From Octopus bimaculoides (Eukaryota), in the NCBI RefSeq assembly GCF_001194135.2, contig NC_068985.1:1741622-1805621 (forward strand): 64,000 bases of DNA. Reading direction: 5' to 3'. Below, piece by piece: positions 25,962 through 38,159 of the stretch (the stretch's first letter is position 1; every line of letters begins with the position of its first letter). Under the pieces are notes generated by a model that saw only the letters and a list, made by a program, of their open reading frames with translations, was not told the origin of the DNA and did not search any database. A program made the translations under genes and the position numbers.

Positions 25962-26181
25962 CTTTATTTGTATATTAAGGCTACCATTGGTTTCATGTAA
26001 TGGTGAGTGCCTCAAAAATTATCAAGCCTATCACATGGAAACATCAGTGTTCATCTCCATTTTGGATTAAAATGCTTTAATCCAAGATGGAGATCAACTC
26101 CAATTTGCCATATGATAGGCTCGATAATTGTTGAGGTATTCCCTAACATGAAACCAATGGTAGCCTAATACACAAATAAAG
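25962..26181. repeat. Palindrome of about 220 bp (foldback/MITE-like)
   Basis: ctttatttgt..aggctaccattggtttcatg...ttggattaaa-atgc-tttaatccaa...catgaaaccaatggtagcct..acaaataaag. Confidence 0.85.
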
Positions 26182-26184
26182 TGT

Positions 26185-26520
26185 ACCTTCCCTGGGTGTG
26201 TGTATTGCTTGTTCCAAAACAGCTCTTAGATGCTCTTTTTCAACTGCCATTATGTTTTCTGTCTCAAATCTATGGATGCACTTTGACACTCAATAATTAA
26301 AAGATGTTTTTGAAGTCTTGTATTTATTCAAAAACTTTTGAATCACTATTAAGCTGCTCCCTTATTGTTTTTGTCTTAAGTAGGGGCAGCATATAATGCT
26401 GGTTGTCTGATGTGGACATACTTAGAATCCTTAGATAGTTTGGGCAGTGGGGTTTACACTTGTAACCCCACTGAAGCTTGTAGCTAAAATGTTTGGTATG
26501 AGTACAAGTAGTACGTACAG
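26185..26520 (-). mobile_element. Penelope-like GIY-YIG C-terminal relic
   Basis: IHRFETENIMAVEKEHLRAVLEQAIH matches H.FD.EN..IL..E....R..LE.I.I; YKCKPHCP lies upstream. Confidence 0.45.
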
Positions 26521-26679
26521 TTTAGGTGACCGATGTATTACGTGCCCCAGTTCTGATGACCATTTCTCATTTCGGTGTTAGATTCTCTGGTTATGCTTTT
26601 TTTGTTATAACTTGCAGCGACAGAACATATTTTCATCTATTCTTAAGCACCCATATCATTTCACACAATATATTAGAGA

Positions 26680-26925
26680 GGCGAGCTGGCAGAAAAGGCA
26701 ACGAGCTGGCAGAAACGTTAGCACGCCGGGCGAAATGCTTAGCGGTATTTATCTGCCGCTACGTTCTGAGTTCAAATTCTGCCGAGTCGACTTTGCCTTT
26801 CATCCTCTCGGGGTCGATTAAATAAGTACCAGTTACGCACTGGGGTTGATATAATCGACTTAATCCGTTTGTCTGTCTTTGTTTGTCCCCTCTGTGTGTA
26901 GCCCCTTGTGGGTAGTAAAGAAATA
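26680..26925 (+). mobile_element. SINE family A (full length, 17-bp TSD, duplicated 5' head)
   Basis: TSD acacaatatattagaga at 26663-26679 and 26926-26942. Confidence 0.9.
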
Positions 26926-27552
26926 ACACAATATATTAGAGAAATAGTCAAGACTTCGGCAGGGATATTGAATTACTGACAAGCAGTGTTCCCTCATTTC
27001 ATAATCCTGTAGGAACATTTATACTAAACAAACTCATCCCTGTATTATTTAAAAATAATAACCAAATCAAGACTTTTCTTCATGCTATCCATATTTTTTA
27101 GCATTAAAGTTTTACATTGTTTATCAAGAAGCAATGATGTGTTTGACTTGAATGCCTGTCTTCCTGTGAGTCATTTAGTTGTCCTTTGGGTTTCTTTAAA
27201 AAAAAAAAAAAAAAAAAAGACAAGGAGCTTCCTGAGAGTACAAACAGCATAAGAGAGATATAACTTATTTGAAATATACTTGTGCCATACTGTGTCCCCT
27301 GTCAGTGACTATACAATCACTTCCCAGTGAAGATCTTATAAATCTTTGTCAAGTGTGGTTAGAAAAAGAATCCTTCCTTGAAGCATTTCACTAAAAATAC
27401 ATTTTGCTTGTTTATACTCTTTGCTTTTCCTCTTTGTAGTACACTTGATAGCTTTACTGCTGCTACAATCGTCGATATGTTATTGTAGGGGGTCACCCTG
27501 ACCGTAAGATCACATATAAGAAGTAAGAAACTGGTTTGTTCTGGAACATGGT

Positions 27553-27584
<32 letters not shown>

Positions 27585-27770
27585 TTTAATGTCCACTTTT
27601 CCATGTTTGAATGGATCAGAGTTTATTGAGATGGATTTTCTACAGTTAGGTCTGTTTCCTGTTGTTAATCATCCCCTGTTTCCAACCAACGTAATATTTC
27701 CCCAATTGCCAGATGTGTTCTTGCAGAATATTGGAAATATACGACACTGCTTATGTGACAGTGACACTCA
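27553..27770 (-). mobile_element. Divergent RTE-like 3'-end repeat
   Basis: (cat)n-tttaatgtccacttttccatg, followed by divergent sequence. Confidence 0.6.
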
Positions 27771-27846
27771 TAATTGTCATGAAATGGCAAGTGAGGGAGG
27801 CACAAACACACACGCGCGCACGCACACACACACACACACACACACA

Positions 27847-28000
27847 ATGGGCTTCTTTCACTTTCTGTCTATCAAATCACTTACAAAGGTTTGGTTGGTC
27901 TGGGTTTATAGAAGGCACTTGCCCAAGGAGCCATGCAGTGGGACTGAACCTGGAACCATGCGCACGGGAAGCAAACTTCCTACCACTCTGCCACACCTGC
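27847..28000 (-). mobile_element. SINE family B head
   Basis: Reverse complement of the family B 5' half. Confidence 0.8.
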
Positions 28001-28039
28001 TTTGTTATAAGCAAATCTAATTTAAAAGAATGTTTGTGT

Positions 28040-28440
28040 TGTGTTATTAGTTCGACATTCACCCTTTTGAGAATAAAATCACCTTTGTCACCTTCCAGAA
28101 CAAAATCACAATCGTCAACCACCTCATGTGTTCGACAAATGTCGTTTGTTGGTATAGTTTGTCGAATACAGTTATTTTGTCATGAAATGATTTAGTTCTG
28201 AATTCATTCCAGTATAGGTTTATTCTATTTACAAAGTTAACAGGAATATTTTTGCCATTTATGATAATTAAGTTATCCATAACTCCAAGAAAAATGCCCT
28301 TTATAGTTTTTGGTTTCTTCAATAATTGCAACTAAAAAGATTCTGGTTTCCTTCAGTTCTTCTCTTGTGTTGTTGATGTTGTTGTATGAAACCATGTTGC
28401 TTGTAGCAACTCTCAGCATGTTGATGCCAAGTTTGAGATA
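28040..28440 (-). mobile_element. LINE APE endonuclease relic
   Basis: LRVATSNM...REELKETRIFLVAIIEETK, KITVF..YQQTT, and a frameshifted DKGDFILKRV (GDFNAKV-like). Confidence 0.5.
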
Positions 28441-28667
28441 CCATTATCATCTTGAATAAAAGGTTTCTTCATTAAATGCAATCAAAACATTAACCAGTCA
28501 TTTAACGAGGCTGAGAGTTGTGGGAGGAGGGGAGTTGCTGGATCAATTTCCGAAAAACAGTACCAAAACGATTTTCCAAAAGTAGGGGATTATTTTCAAA
28601 AGGAACCAAAATTGGAACATTTTGGAAGTAAATTAAATGACTATAAAGATGGTCTGTTCTTTTCTTT

Positions 28668-29000
28668 TGTGGCCATGCTGGGGCCCCACCTGCAAGAAGT
28701 TTAGTCAAATGAATTGATCCCAGCACTTATATTTTTACCCAGCCTGGTACTTATTCTCTCAGCTTCTTTCGCAGAACCAGTAAGCTATGGGGGACATAAA
28801 CACACCAACACTGGTTCCCAAGTGGGGACAAATACATATGACACATATACGACAGGCTTCTTTCAGTTTCCTTCTATTAAATCCACTCACAAGTCTTTGG
28901 TCAGCTGAGGCTATAAGTAAAAGATGTTTTCTCAAGGTGACATGCAGTAGGACTGAACCCAGAACCATGTTGTTGGGAAGTAAACTTTTTATTATACAGT
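28668..29000 (-). mobile_element. SINE family B
   Basis: Head plus partial 3' half. Confidence 0.8.
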
Positions 29001-29139
29001 TATTTCAAATTTTTTTGTTTGATAATTGTAAATAATGTTCAACAGAATTCTTGTCTTTCAAAATTAAAATTTCAATGTTTTAAGAATTTTATTTCCTTCT
29101 TCACTTCTACCTGAGTCATACAATATAGATTTTTCCTCT

Positions 29140-30800
29140 GCAAACCACCTGCTGTTACGCTCTCCCCGAGTTTCTTTCCACTGGATTCATTCACATAAAA
29201 TCGTAGCAACAAATATTTTGTTCCTTAGACTCTACTTAAAACCATACAATTGATAAAACTAGATCTAACACCATCTTCTTTCCTAATTTAGTTTTGGCGG
29301 TGCTTACTCTTGAAAACACTATTTCATTGCTTCAAGACATTTTGTCTCTAAGCAATGTCAATGCAGATTTTGACATATCGGTAAACCCCAGTTCATGAGT
29401 TGCATCCATAAGTGGTGCCAGTTTACACCAAAATTTTGACTGAACTGAAATTTCTTCAGGAAATATGCTTTCTCAATCAAATGCCAGCTGTTTGTACCAT
29501 TGGTTTTCTATTTCTCTAGTTTTAGATTGATTAGGCAAAGCTGTAGGGAAAACAACAAAAGGTGGGTGAGAATGAAAATAATTCTTGGGAAAAGCAGTTT
29601 CATCTTTTGAAGGATTTATTAATGTATGATGCAAGAATTCTTCACAAACCTGTCTCAAAAAGCTTAGGCAAATTTAATATAGTATTTTGTTGTTCTTGAG
29701 AAATTTAATATTTTAATGATTAAAAGATTAGGCAACTCATATCCAATATCAATACGTTCTCACAAGAGGGACTAAATTTGTTCCAAGGTTTATAAATAGT
29801 TGATGTAAAATTCTTCTTAGCATAGATACCACAAATCTACATAGTTTATCTGGTGTAGGTATAGCTGTGTGGTAAGAAGCTTCCATCCTAACCACATGGA
29901 TCCAGGTTCAGTCCCACTGTATGGTACTTTGGGCAAGTGTCTTCTACTATAGCCTTAGACCAACCAAGGCCTTGTGAGTGGATTTGGTTGACAGAAGCTC
30001 ATCATAAAAATGTGTGTGTGTGTGTGTGTGTGTGTGTGAGTGCACGTGTGTTTGTATGTGTGTGTATGTATTTTTATGCCTGTGTTTGTTCCTCAACACT
30101 GCTTAACAGCCAGTGTTTACATCCCTGTAACTTAGCAATTTGGAAAAAGAGACCAAAAGAATAAGTACCAGCCATATAATAAAATACATACTGGGGTTGA
30201 TGAATTCAATTAAAAATTCTTCATGATGCTGCCCCAGCATGGTCACACTCTAATGACTGAAACAAGAAAATGACATGAGATAAAGACCATAAAAAGCTAT
30301 GATCTACCATTTTTATCTACTTTTTTTTTTGACCAGTAAATTAATTCTTAATACCACCAAAGTTTAGAAACTCCATCTGTTGTATCTGTGAGACAATCTC
30401 TGATGTTAATCCCTGCATCACTCAACAATTTGTTCGCAGCATGATGCCACAGTCCATCTGTAGCATTTGCAATAAGAATTAACTCAGACACAATTTTATT
30501 TTATCATTTATTCCAATATCAATCATGCACGCAGAGAAGCTTTTTACAAGCAACATCAGTTGACTTATCCGAAAAGCAAGAAGACCTGACCATTACTGTG
30601 TCATCAATTTGTTCGTCCAGTAAGGAATGGAATAATAATTGTTTTTTATAAGCACTGTATATTTTGTTTCCATTCAGTTTCAAATCAGCTACAATAGATG
30701 ATGAAAGAATTCTTTTATTAATAATAAGTTCTCCTAAATATTTGATGTGTGACAAGCTACAAATGCTGCTAACAGCAATTCTAATTTTGTTATTTTGCTT
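29140..30800 (-). mobile_element. hAT transposase fossil, interrupted by a SINE at 29855-30275
   Basis: FSDKSTDVACKKLLCVHD*YW...GINIRDCLTDTTDGVSKL (DESTD and TDGA catalytic motifs) at 30350-30800. FWCKL...FTDMSKSALTLL...S*SNEIVFSRVSTAKTKLGKK (C-terminal dimerisation domain) at 29150-29480. Confidence 0.8.
29855..30275 (+). mobile_element. SINE family B inserted in the hAT fossil
   Basis: Full head, (GT)n and 3' half. Confidence 0.85.
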
Positions 30801-31870
30801 CTGAAAAAATGCTTAGATAATTTATTGTGAATTTGAGTTGATTACAGCATTATTTTGTTATGTTTAACTGATGAAGCATGCTTTATTAAATTAATATTGT
30901 AAGCTCATATTTCAACATTGCACACTTTACTTAAAGCTTTGTTGCTATTCTCGCACTCTCTCTCTCCTCCCTCTCTTTCCCCCTTTTTCTCTTCTCCCTA
31001 CCCTCACCCTTCTATTTGAAAATTGATATCTGTTAGCCAGGATTTTTTTTCAAGTATTTTGACTATTTGCTCATTGCAGAAATGGAGTTTTTGGAATAAT
31101 CGAGATTTATTTGAAAAATAATTAGTTTGTTCAGACATGCATCATGTCTGAGTAACTCCTACCAACAACTTCTGATTCACTTAATTATGCCAGAGAGCCT
31201 CTTTGTGGTCTGTGAACATGCGAGAAGTAGCTTGCCTTGCAAGAAATAGCAGCCAAATATTCTTTAGTTTACACCCTTACCATTTTAAATGAAGAACAAT
31301 ACATTGAAAAAATTTATATTATCCCCCTACCTCTAAGATAATGTGTGATCCATCATCATCATCATGAGTAGTCATATAAATTTATTGATAAACATTTTGC
31401 ACAGCAACAGTATGAACCGAATCTCTTGAGACAAACTTTTGCCAAACTCTGCTTCTGTCAATGCTTACCAGTCAGTGTTTCAGGTTTGGACTCAACCATT
31501 CTATAACATACGTGAATGCCATGGCTATATATTAATCACTTATGAATTAGCAAAGCGTTTTGAGTTGAAAATTAATTTAAAACAATACTGAAATTTTATT
31601 CTGAATTCATGACGAAAATATTTTTAAAATTTCATACAACTGTAGAGTTATTAAACAATTTGTTCATTATATATAACGTAATTTCTAGTGCTGTAGCAGC
31701 TATTGTATGATGTAATCAGCATTAAATAATCAATAACGTAATGAATTTCAGTGATAAGTAAAACTTCATAGAATTTCACATTACTCGTTTTTCTTTGTAG
31801 TTTAGGCATTACTTTTGTAAACAGCCCTGGTGGTTTCTGTATCAAGTCGTTTAAAGACATTATATTTATA

Positions 31871-32100
31871 GTGGCAAGCTGGTGGAAATGTTAGCATGCT
31901 GGGCAAAATGCTTAGCGGTACTCCGTCTGCCGATACGTTCTGAGTTCAAATTTCGTCGAGGTTGACTTTGCCTTTCATCCTTTCGGGTGTCAATTAAATA
32001 AGTACCAGTTATGCACTGGGGTCGATGTAATCGACTTAATCCCTTTGTCTGTCCTTGTTTGTCACCTCTATCTTTAGACCCCTGTGGGCAATAAAGAAAT
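31871..32100 (+). mobile_element. SINE family A
   Basis: Full body; imperfect TSD tatat(t/g)tatagt. Confidence 0.9.
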
Positions 32101-32600
32101 ATATATGTATAGTACCTCCATAATTTCTTTCCTTCAACATTCTGCATTCATAATATAACAAGAATCAAAGTATTCAAGATTATTGTAAAGAAGAATTCAT
32201 TTGATTGGTGTATAAATGTTACCTGCTGGCCCCAAATATAGCATTGATATAAGTTTTCAAATAAAATAGAACAGTAGCAGATTGTAAACACCTGAAATTT
32301 TTAAGTAACTGCAATGAAAAAGTAATATCGTTCTATGGAATAGCAATGTCAAGTGATGTCACCTGTGGCCCAATTTGGTGATTCCTTGCCAAACCTTTAC
32401 CTCTCTTTTATGCTTCTCACCTGTTCTGTTTTCAAATGTCATCAAGGATATCTTCACCTAAACTCTACGGTTACAAAGTTGTTTATTTATCTATTTATTT
32501 ATATACTTGCCTTCTAACTCTCTTCTCCCTGTCTCTCTGTCTGTCTCTTTTCTCCTTCCTTCTCTCTTTCTCTCTCTCTCTCTTCATATATACATGTATA

Positions 32601-32650
<50 letters not shown>

Positions 32651-33529
32651 TATATAGTGTGTTTGTATGCATGTACATATGTATAGATGTATAAGTATAT
32701 ATCAGCAATGATGATGATGATGGTGTATGTGTGTGTGTGTGTTTGTGTGTATGTGGTGTGTGTGCATGCATGTGTGTGTTTGCGTATGACTTTGTGTAGC
32801 TATCTATGTTTCTAACTTCAATATTCTGAATATAAAGCCAACAGTTTCTGCTTCCCTTAAAAATATCATTATCTACAAAATGTCAATTGTATATTATCTC
32901 GTCAACATAGCTCATTAGCAGATACACACAGATGATATATTACCCTAGAAATTGACTAGGCAATGTATATCTGAAGATCTATGAGATAGAGAATAACTAT
33001 AAAACAATTCAGTAGAGACAAATACAGAAATATAATCAGCACTGGGCAGCTGATCTTATCTAGGAAGAATAAGCAGCTATTGTTCTGATATAATTTAACT
33101 AACATATTTATAATATTCAAAATATATAGCAACATTTTCGATAAATATTTCAAGAAAAATTGGAAGAGAAAGTCCAGTTATATCTTTTGTTTTAATATTC
33201 TCATAATTATATTCCATATTATGTGTAAATTTATTTATTAAGTTATTTATATCAACAGTTGTTTTATATTTTAATATATTGGATAGTTCAATGTATTTCG
33301 CCATTATTGATGAGTTAAACATAATAATTCCTCAGAAACTTACTCATGGTAATTATATAGTACTTTCTAATAAGGTCACTAAGCATTGCTAATACCACTG
33401 GTACACTTATTATTGATTATTAGATGATAATAAGTGACAGAATCAACAGAACGTTGGCTGTAAGGTAGGAAGGTATTCAGTTACAATTTTCCATAGAGTG
33501 GTTCAAATGATGCTAAGGTCAGCTTCTGG

Positions 33530-34140
33530 GCTCAATAAAGGAAACATCAACTTGTATGTCAAACCTTTACTTTAGCCGTATTGAGCTCCAGATTTTAGCC
33601 CCGTTTACTGGACCTTCCTCTAAATCCTATGGTTGGTCATTGATCACCAGAGGTAATTATACTGGCATTTCAGTTCTCAACCATTCGTTAGAATTTACTT
33701 CTATAATGTCTGATCCTTCTATTACCTTCCTCAATATCTTTGTCTCTATCATAAGTCTCAACATTTTACCCCAGCTTCACCATAATTCCATTGATTTGCA
33801 CTCTTACCTTGACTTTTCCTCGTTCTTTTCATCGTACTGTCATCCCATTCTCACAATTTCTCTGACTACATCATCTGTGGCATAAAAACTCAAGTTATTT
33901 GACCAAATCTAATGAAAGGCACCATTTCTTCCTCGCTCAGTGTTATTCCTGTTGTGTTTGACAACTTCATACTCCAAAGAACCCAAACCATTGCCAGATC
34001 CTCCATATTAGTAACCCAAATGTACACGTTTGAAGACAGAATCTCCTTCTCTATTGTCTTTCACCCATCCACCTTGCCTCTTCAGTGGTCCATTATCTCC
34101 AGATTTCATTATTGTTTTTGTTAACCCTTAACTGCTCTGA
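33530..34140 (+). mobile_element. Penelope-like RT C-terminal/thumb relic
   Basis: NHSLEFTSIMSDPSITFLNIFVSI...HHNSIDLHSYLDFSS matches FHP.LKFT..IS..SI.FLD...KPTD.HSYL.Y.S. Confidence 0.75.
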
Positions 34141-34799
34141 TCTTTTCTCCTTCTCCTTTCTAATGAACAACGGACAAAAACATCATGTATGCAAGCAAAC
34201 CAAAGCTCTCTTACTTCTGTAATTCCTCTGTAATCGTGATTGAAACTTCAACCATTAGATAATCAGTCAAACACCTCAACTGAACCACTACAGTTTCATG
34301 AGACTCTCAGATTGTTACCAGCGGTTGCTGCTGGTTCGGATGTTCCTTATTTGAAACACCATTCATCACCCTAAATGTTTCCTGTTTGAAAAGTTGTTCA
34401 TAAACTGATTTGTTTGTGATGAGAGGTATCCATAAACCCAGGTTCCTCTGTACATAATGCATTCTATTAACTTCCTCGGGGGTGACCACTGTGACTCACA
34501 AGTCAGATTGTTTCGTATGGAAATTCAATGCTACCTAAGCAAAACCTACCACTTCTTGCTTAAGTGTAATTCATTGTTATTGCTGGAAGAAAGGTACATA
34601 ATTAGCCCCATCATCTGACCACCTCTATCCCAGATTTGCAATTTTAGTTTAATTCTTTAGAATTATACCATTCTCTGAAATGCGAGACAGTGAAGCTCCT
34701 GTCGAAAGTGGAACCATAAGTTTATCACATTATATAGTAAATGCATTCACTTTGCCATGGATGATGCTACATGTGTAATAGGGAAGAGTGCAGTGTCAC

Positions 34800-34995
34800 A
34801 AATAGTCTATCAAATATAAACCCTGTAAAGTGGTTGGCGTTAGGAAGGGCATCCAGCTGTAGAAACTGAGCCAAAACAGACAAATGAAGCCTGGTGTGGC
34901 CTCTGGCCTTGCTAGTTCCTGTCAAGCCATCCAAAACCCTTGCCAACATGGAAAACAGATGTTAAATGAAATGATGACGACGATGATGATGATAA
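34800..34995 (+). mobile_element. RTE 3'-end repeat
   Basis: Family motifs with tail. Confidence 0.8.
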
Positions 34996-35863
34996 TGATG
35001 ATCTGACTTGAAATTACAATGTTGATGATGGTGACAACAATGACTATGATGATGATGATCATCATCATCATCGTCATCATCATCATCATCATCATGGAGA
35101 TCGCATCAACAATAAACAAAGTGATCTTGTTCAATGTGTTGGTTGCAAATAAAATAATTAGTATAACAGGACATTGACACAACATTGAGTTAAGGCTAAG
35201 ACAGGAAATTGATTTTGTAGCTCTTTTTTCATAGATTTCCTCACTTGCATGAGCAAAAAAAGACAAAAGAAAATGTGACGCATTAAAACCTATGTTTTTA
35301 TTGTTGTTTTTTATTCATATTGTTTGTTTAGAGATATTTTTTGTTCTTTTTCCTTCCATTTTTTTTCATTCTGTTTTCCATCCTGGCATAGTCAGGAGAT
35401 AACAGAATATTTCAAACATTTGCATAGGAATGGTTTCTTTCATCCTTCTTAATCCTTTTCCTAAAGACTAATCTACAGAAACAGACAAATTNNNNNNNNN
35501 NNNNNNNNNNNNNNNNNNNNNNNNNNNNNNNNNNNNNNNNNNNNNNNNNNNNNNNNNNNNNNNNNNNNNNNNNNNNNNNNNNNNNNNNNNNNNNNNNNNN
35601 NNNNNNNNNNNNNNNNNNNNNNNNNNNNNNNNNNNNNNNNNNNNNNNNNNNNNNNNNNNNNNNNNNNNNNNNNNNNNNNNNNNNNNNNNNNNNNNNNNNN
35701 NNNNNNNNNNNNNNNNNNNNNNNNNNNNNNNNNNNNNNNNNNNNNNNNNNNNNNNNNNNNNNNNNNNNNNNNNNNNNNNNNNNNNNNNNNNNNNNNNNNN
35801 NNNNNNNNNNNNNNNNNNNNNNNNNNNNNNNNNNNNNNNNNNGAGAGACAGATAATCTCCATT

Positions 35864-36456
35864 TATTGAGTTGTCCGGAAAGTTCATGCCGATTTAAAGT
35901 AGCTTACCTTTCAACTTATTTTAGAACATGGTTGAGTCCATAAAATAGGATTTGACTACACCTCCATTTAGAGCACAGTTCAATCTATCTTTCCATGGAA
36001 GAAGGTTTATGTTCCTATAACCTGTGTTAATTTTGTAACCCTTTAAAATGGAAGATAAGAATGTTCATTTTCGGCATTTGATGCTTTTCTTTTTCTGTAA
36101 AGGGAAAAATGCCACACAAGCAACCAAAGAAACATGTGCAGTTTACAGTGATGTTTCTTTATCCGAAAGAACTGTACGGAAGTGGTTCGCAAGGTTCTGA
36201 TCTGGAGATTGTAGCCTTATTGATAAAGAGCGATCAGGCAGACCATCCACTACAGGTGATGACCAAATCAAGTCATTAATTGAGAATAATCCACATTGCA
36301 CAACCCGAGAATTGGCAGAAAGCCTCAACCTATCAAAATCCATCGTTCATGAGCACCTGGTAAAGCTTGGGTACACAAATCACTACGATGTTTGGGTACC
36401 ACATGAGTTGAGTGAAAAGAACCTTTTGGATCACATTTCCATCTGTGATTTGCTTT
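35864..36456 (+). mobile_element. Mariner element 5' part (TIR plus transposase HTH domains), truncated
   Basis: TA-TTGAGTTGTCCGGAAAGTTCATGCCGATTT is TIR-like. From ATG 36048: MEDKNVHFRHLMLFFF...ERTVRKWFARF*SGD...ERSGRPS...TTRELAESL...VWVPHELSEKN; one in-frame stop. Confidence 0.9.
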
Positions 36457-36900
36457 TCTCTGGAACATTTTCTGAGAACTTCTCCCCAGTTGAGTGACAG
36501 GCTGGAGACAGAAGATTTGAGTGCCAGTCTCAAAAGTCTGTCACACCTCTCAGTCAAAGATGCAGAATGTTACACAAAGCTGATTTCAATAGAGGAAATG
36601 GTAAATGAGTATGATGGCTGTAGAATGGATTGGGTCCGGATGGGGAATTTTATTGAGACATCCAGATCTATTTGTTAATTTCTTGCTAGCTGTCCATTGT
36701 AACTTGCAGCAGACAGAAAGTACACCAAGTTATATGAAAGAAGAAGTGGTGAGACTACAGAAGAAGCATTCTGAACAAAAGGAGATATAATGGACCACTT
36801 CATGTTTGTGATTCTGCTCTGTACAGAATTATAGACTTTTGGCAAGATGCATGAACTTAGTGATTCCTATCAGATCTATCCATGGCAATTACAACCTCAT
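36457..36900 (+). mobile_element. L1/Tx1-type LINE RT N-terminal relic
   Basis: LSVKDAECYTKLISIEEMV..., a frameshifted PDGEFY, then RLQKK...EI*W...YRLLAR, matching LIPK..NWRPI..YKILAK. Confidence 0.55.
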
Positions 36901-36929
36901 GTAACTGGTAGTGCTATAAGAAAGACACA

Positions 36930-37168
36930 TTTCTTATTTCTTTATTGCCCACAAGGGGCTAAACATAGAGGGGACAAACAAGGATAGACAAAGTGATTAA
37001 GTCGATTACATTGACCCGAGTGCATAACTGGTACTTAATTTATCGACCCCGAAAGGATGAAAGGCAAAGTCGACCTCAGCAGAATTTGAACTCAAAACAT
37101 AATGGCAAATGAAATACCACTAAGCATTTCGCCTGGTGTGCTAACGTTTCGGCCAGCTTGTTGCCTTA
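36930..37168 (-). mobile_element. SINE family A
   Basis: Full body similar to 24836-25070. Confidence 0.9.
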
Positions 37169-37208
37169 CATATTTCTGCAGGATAAACTCTATTATGTAT
37201 TGTGTGCT

Positions 37209-38159
37209 AGAGTCATCTATAAGTAAGCCCATCCAAAATGCTTTCCTATAGGATGATGAAACCATCCAGTACGCATTTGGTCAGAATCTGTGTAGTGCAG
37301 ATTTGTGAGTTTTATGTCAAAGAGTCATTTTATCATGAATGGGTTGAATCTTGTTATTAGATGAGTCTGTTGTAAAGATAAATCTTCTATTTGTAAAGAC
37401 AGGATAGATCTATTTTACTGTTGTGGCATAGTTTAGTTGTGCTGTGGCAGATCCCAGCCAATCAGAGCTGGAGGCATATGAATAAAACAGCAGTGATCTG
37501 CCTTAGCAGCAGAATTTGCTACAGCAGAGAAGCAACAGTTTCAAACCAGTTGCTGAAAAGACTGCCTAGAAACAATATCACTTTCTTCAACATGTCACAT
37601 TTTCTGTGTCCACCACCAACTACATGTAGCTCATTTGATTAATATTGCTTCCACTCTGCTTCATATAAACCTCACTGTATATAGTAAGTCATGTGTTTTT
37701 CCCTGTCTCACATTCGCATGTATTTGGTTCCCATTCACTTGCAAGATTAATCCCTGTTACCACTTGCTAACACCCATTACACTACTGAATAAATTTCAAT
37801 GGTTTTGTTTTATAAACTTGCCTTCTGAATATTCTTTATTCACTCCTCTTTAAGAAATCACTGAGAATGGATTCTTTCAATGAACTGTCTTTAAAAAAAA
37901 TGCTAACTACACACTTGATACGTTACATATAGGAGACATTCCTTCCAATTTCCATTAGCGACTCACTCTGTTATAGAGTCATCTATAAGTAAGCCCATCC
38001 AAAATGCTTTCCTATAGGATGATGAAACCATCCAGCACGCATTTGGTTAGAATCTGTGTAGTGCAGATTTGTGAGTTTTATGTCAAAGAGTCATTTTTTT
38101 AAGGAATGGGCTGGATCTTTTTATTAGATGGGTCTGTTGTAAAGATCAATCTTCTATTT
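37209..38159 (+). repeat. Direct duplication of about 185 bp (37209-37392 and 37975-38159)
   Basis: Near-identical agagtcatctataagtaagcccatccaaaatgc...cttctattt blocks. Confidence 0.95.

Noticed and set aside
28059-28331. ORF as a dynein AAA5 exon
   Set aside because: Adjacent frames give APE motifs (ATSN, EETK, GDF), so it is a LINE relic.
30519-30790. ORF with a good acceptor as a dynein post-stalk exon
   Set aside because: It continues in frame through stops into the hAT DESTD and TDG motifs.
37209-38159. Direct repeats as LTRs or a CRISPR-like array
   Set aside because: There are no LTR termini or internal gag/pol, and no regular repeat-spacer periodicity anywhere in the window.
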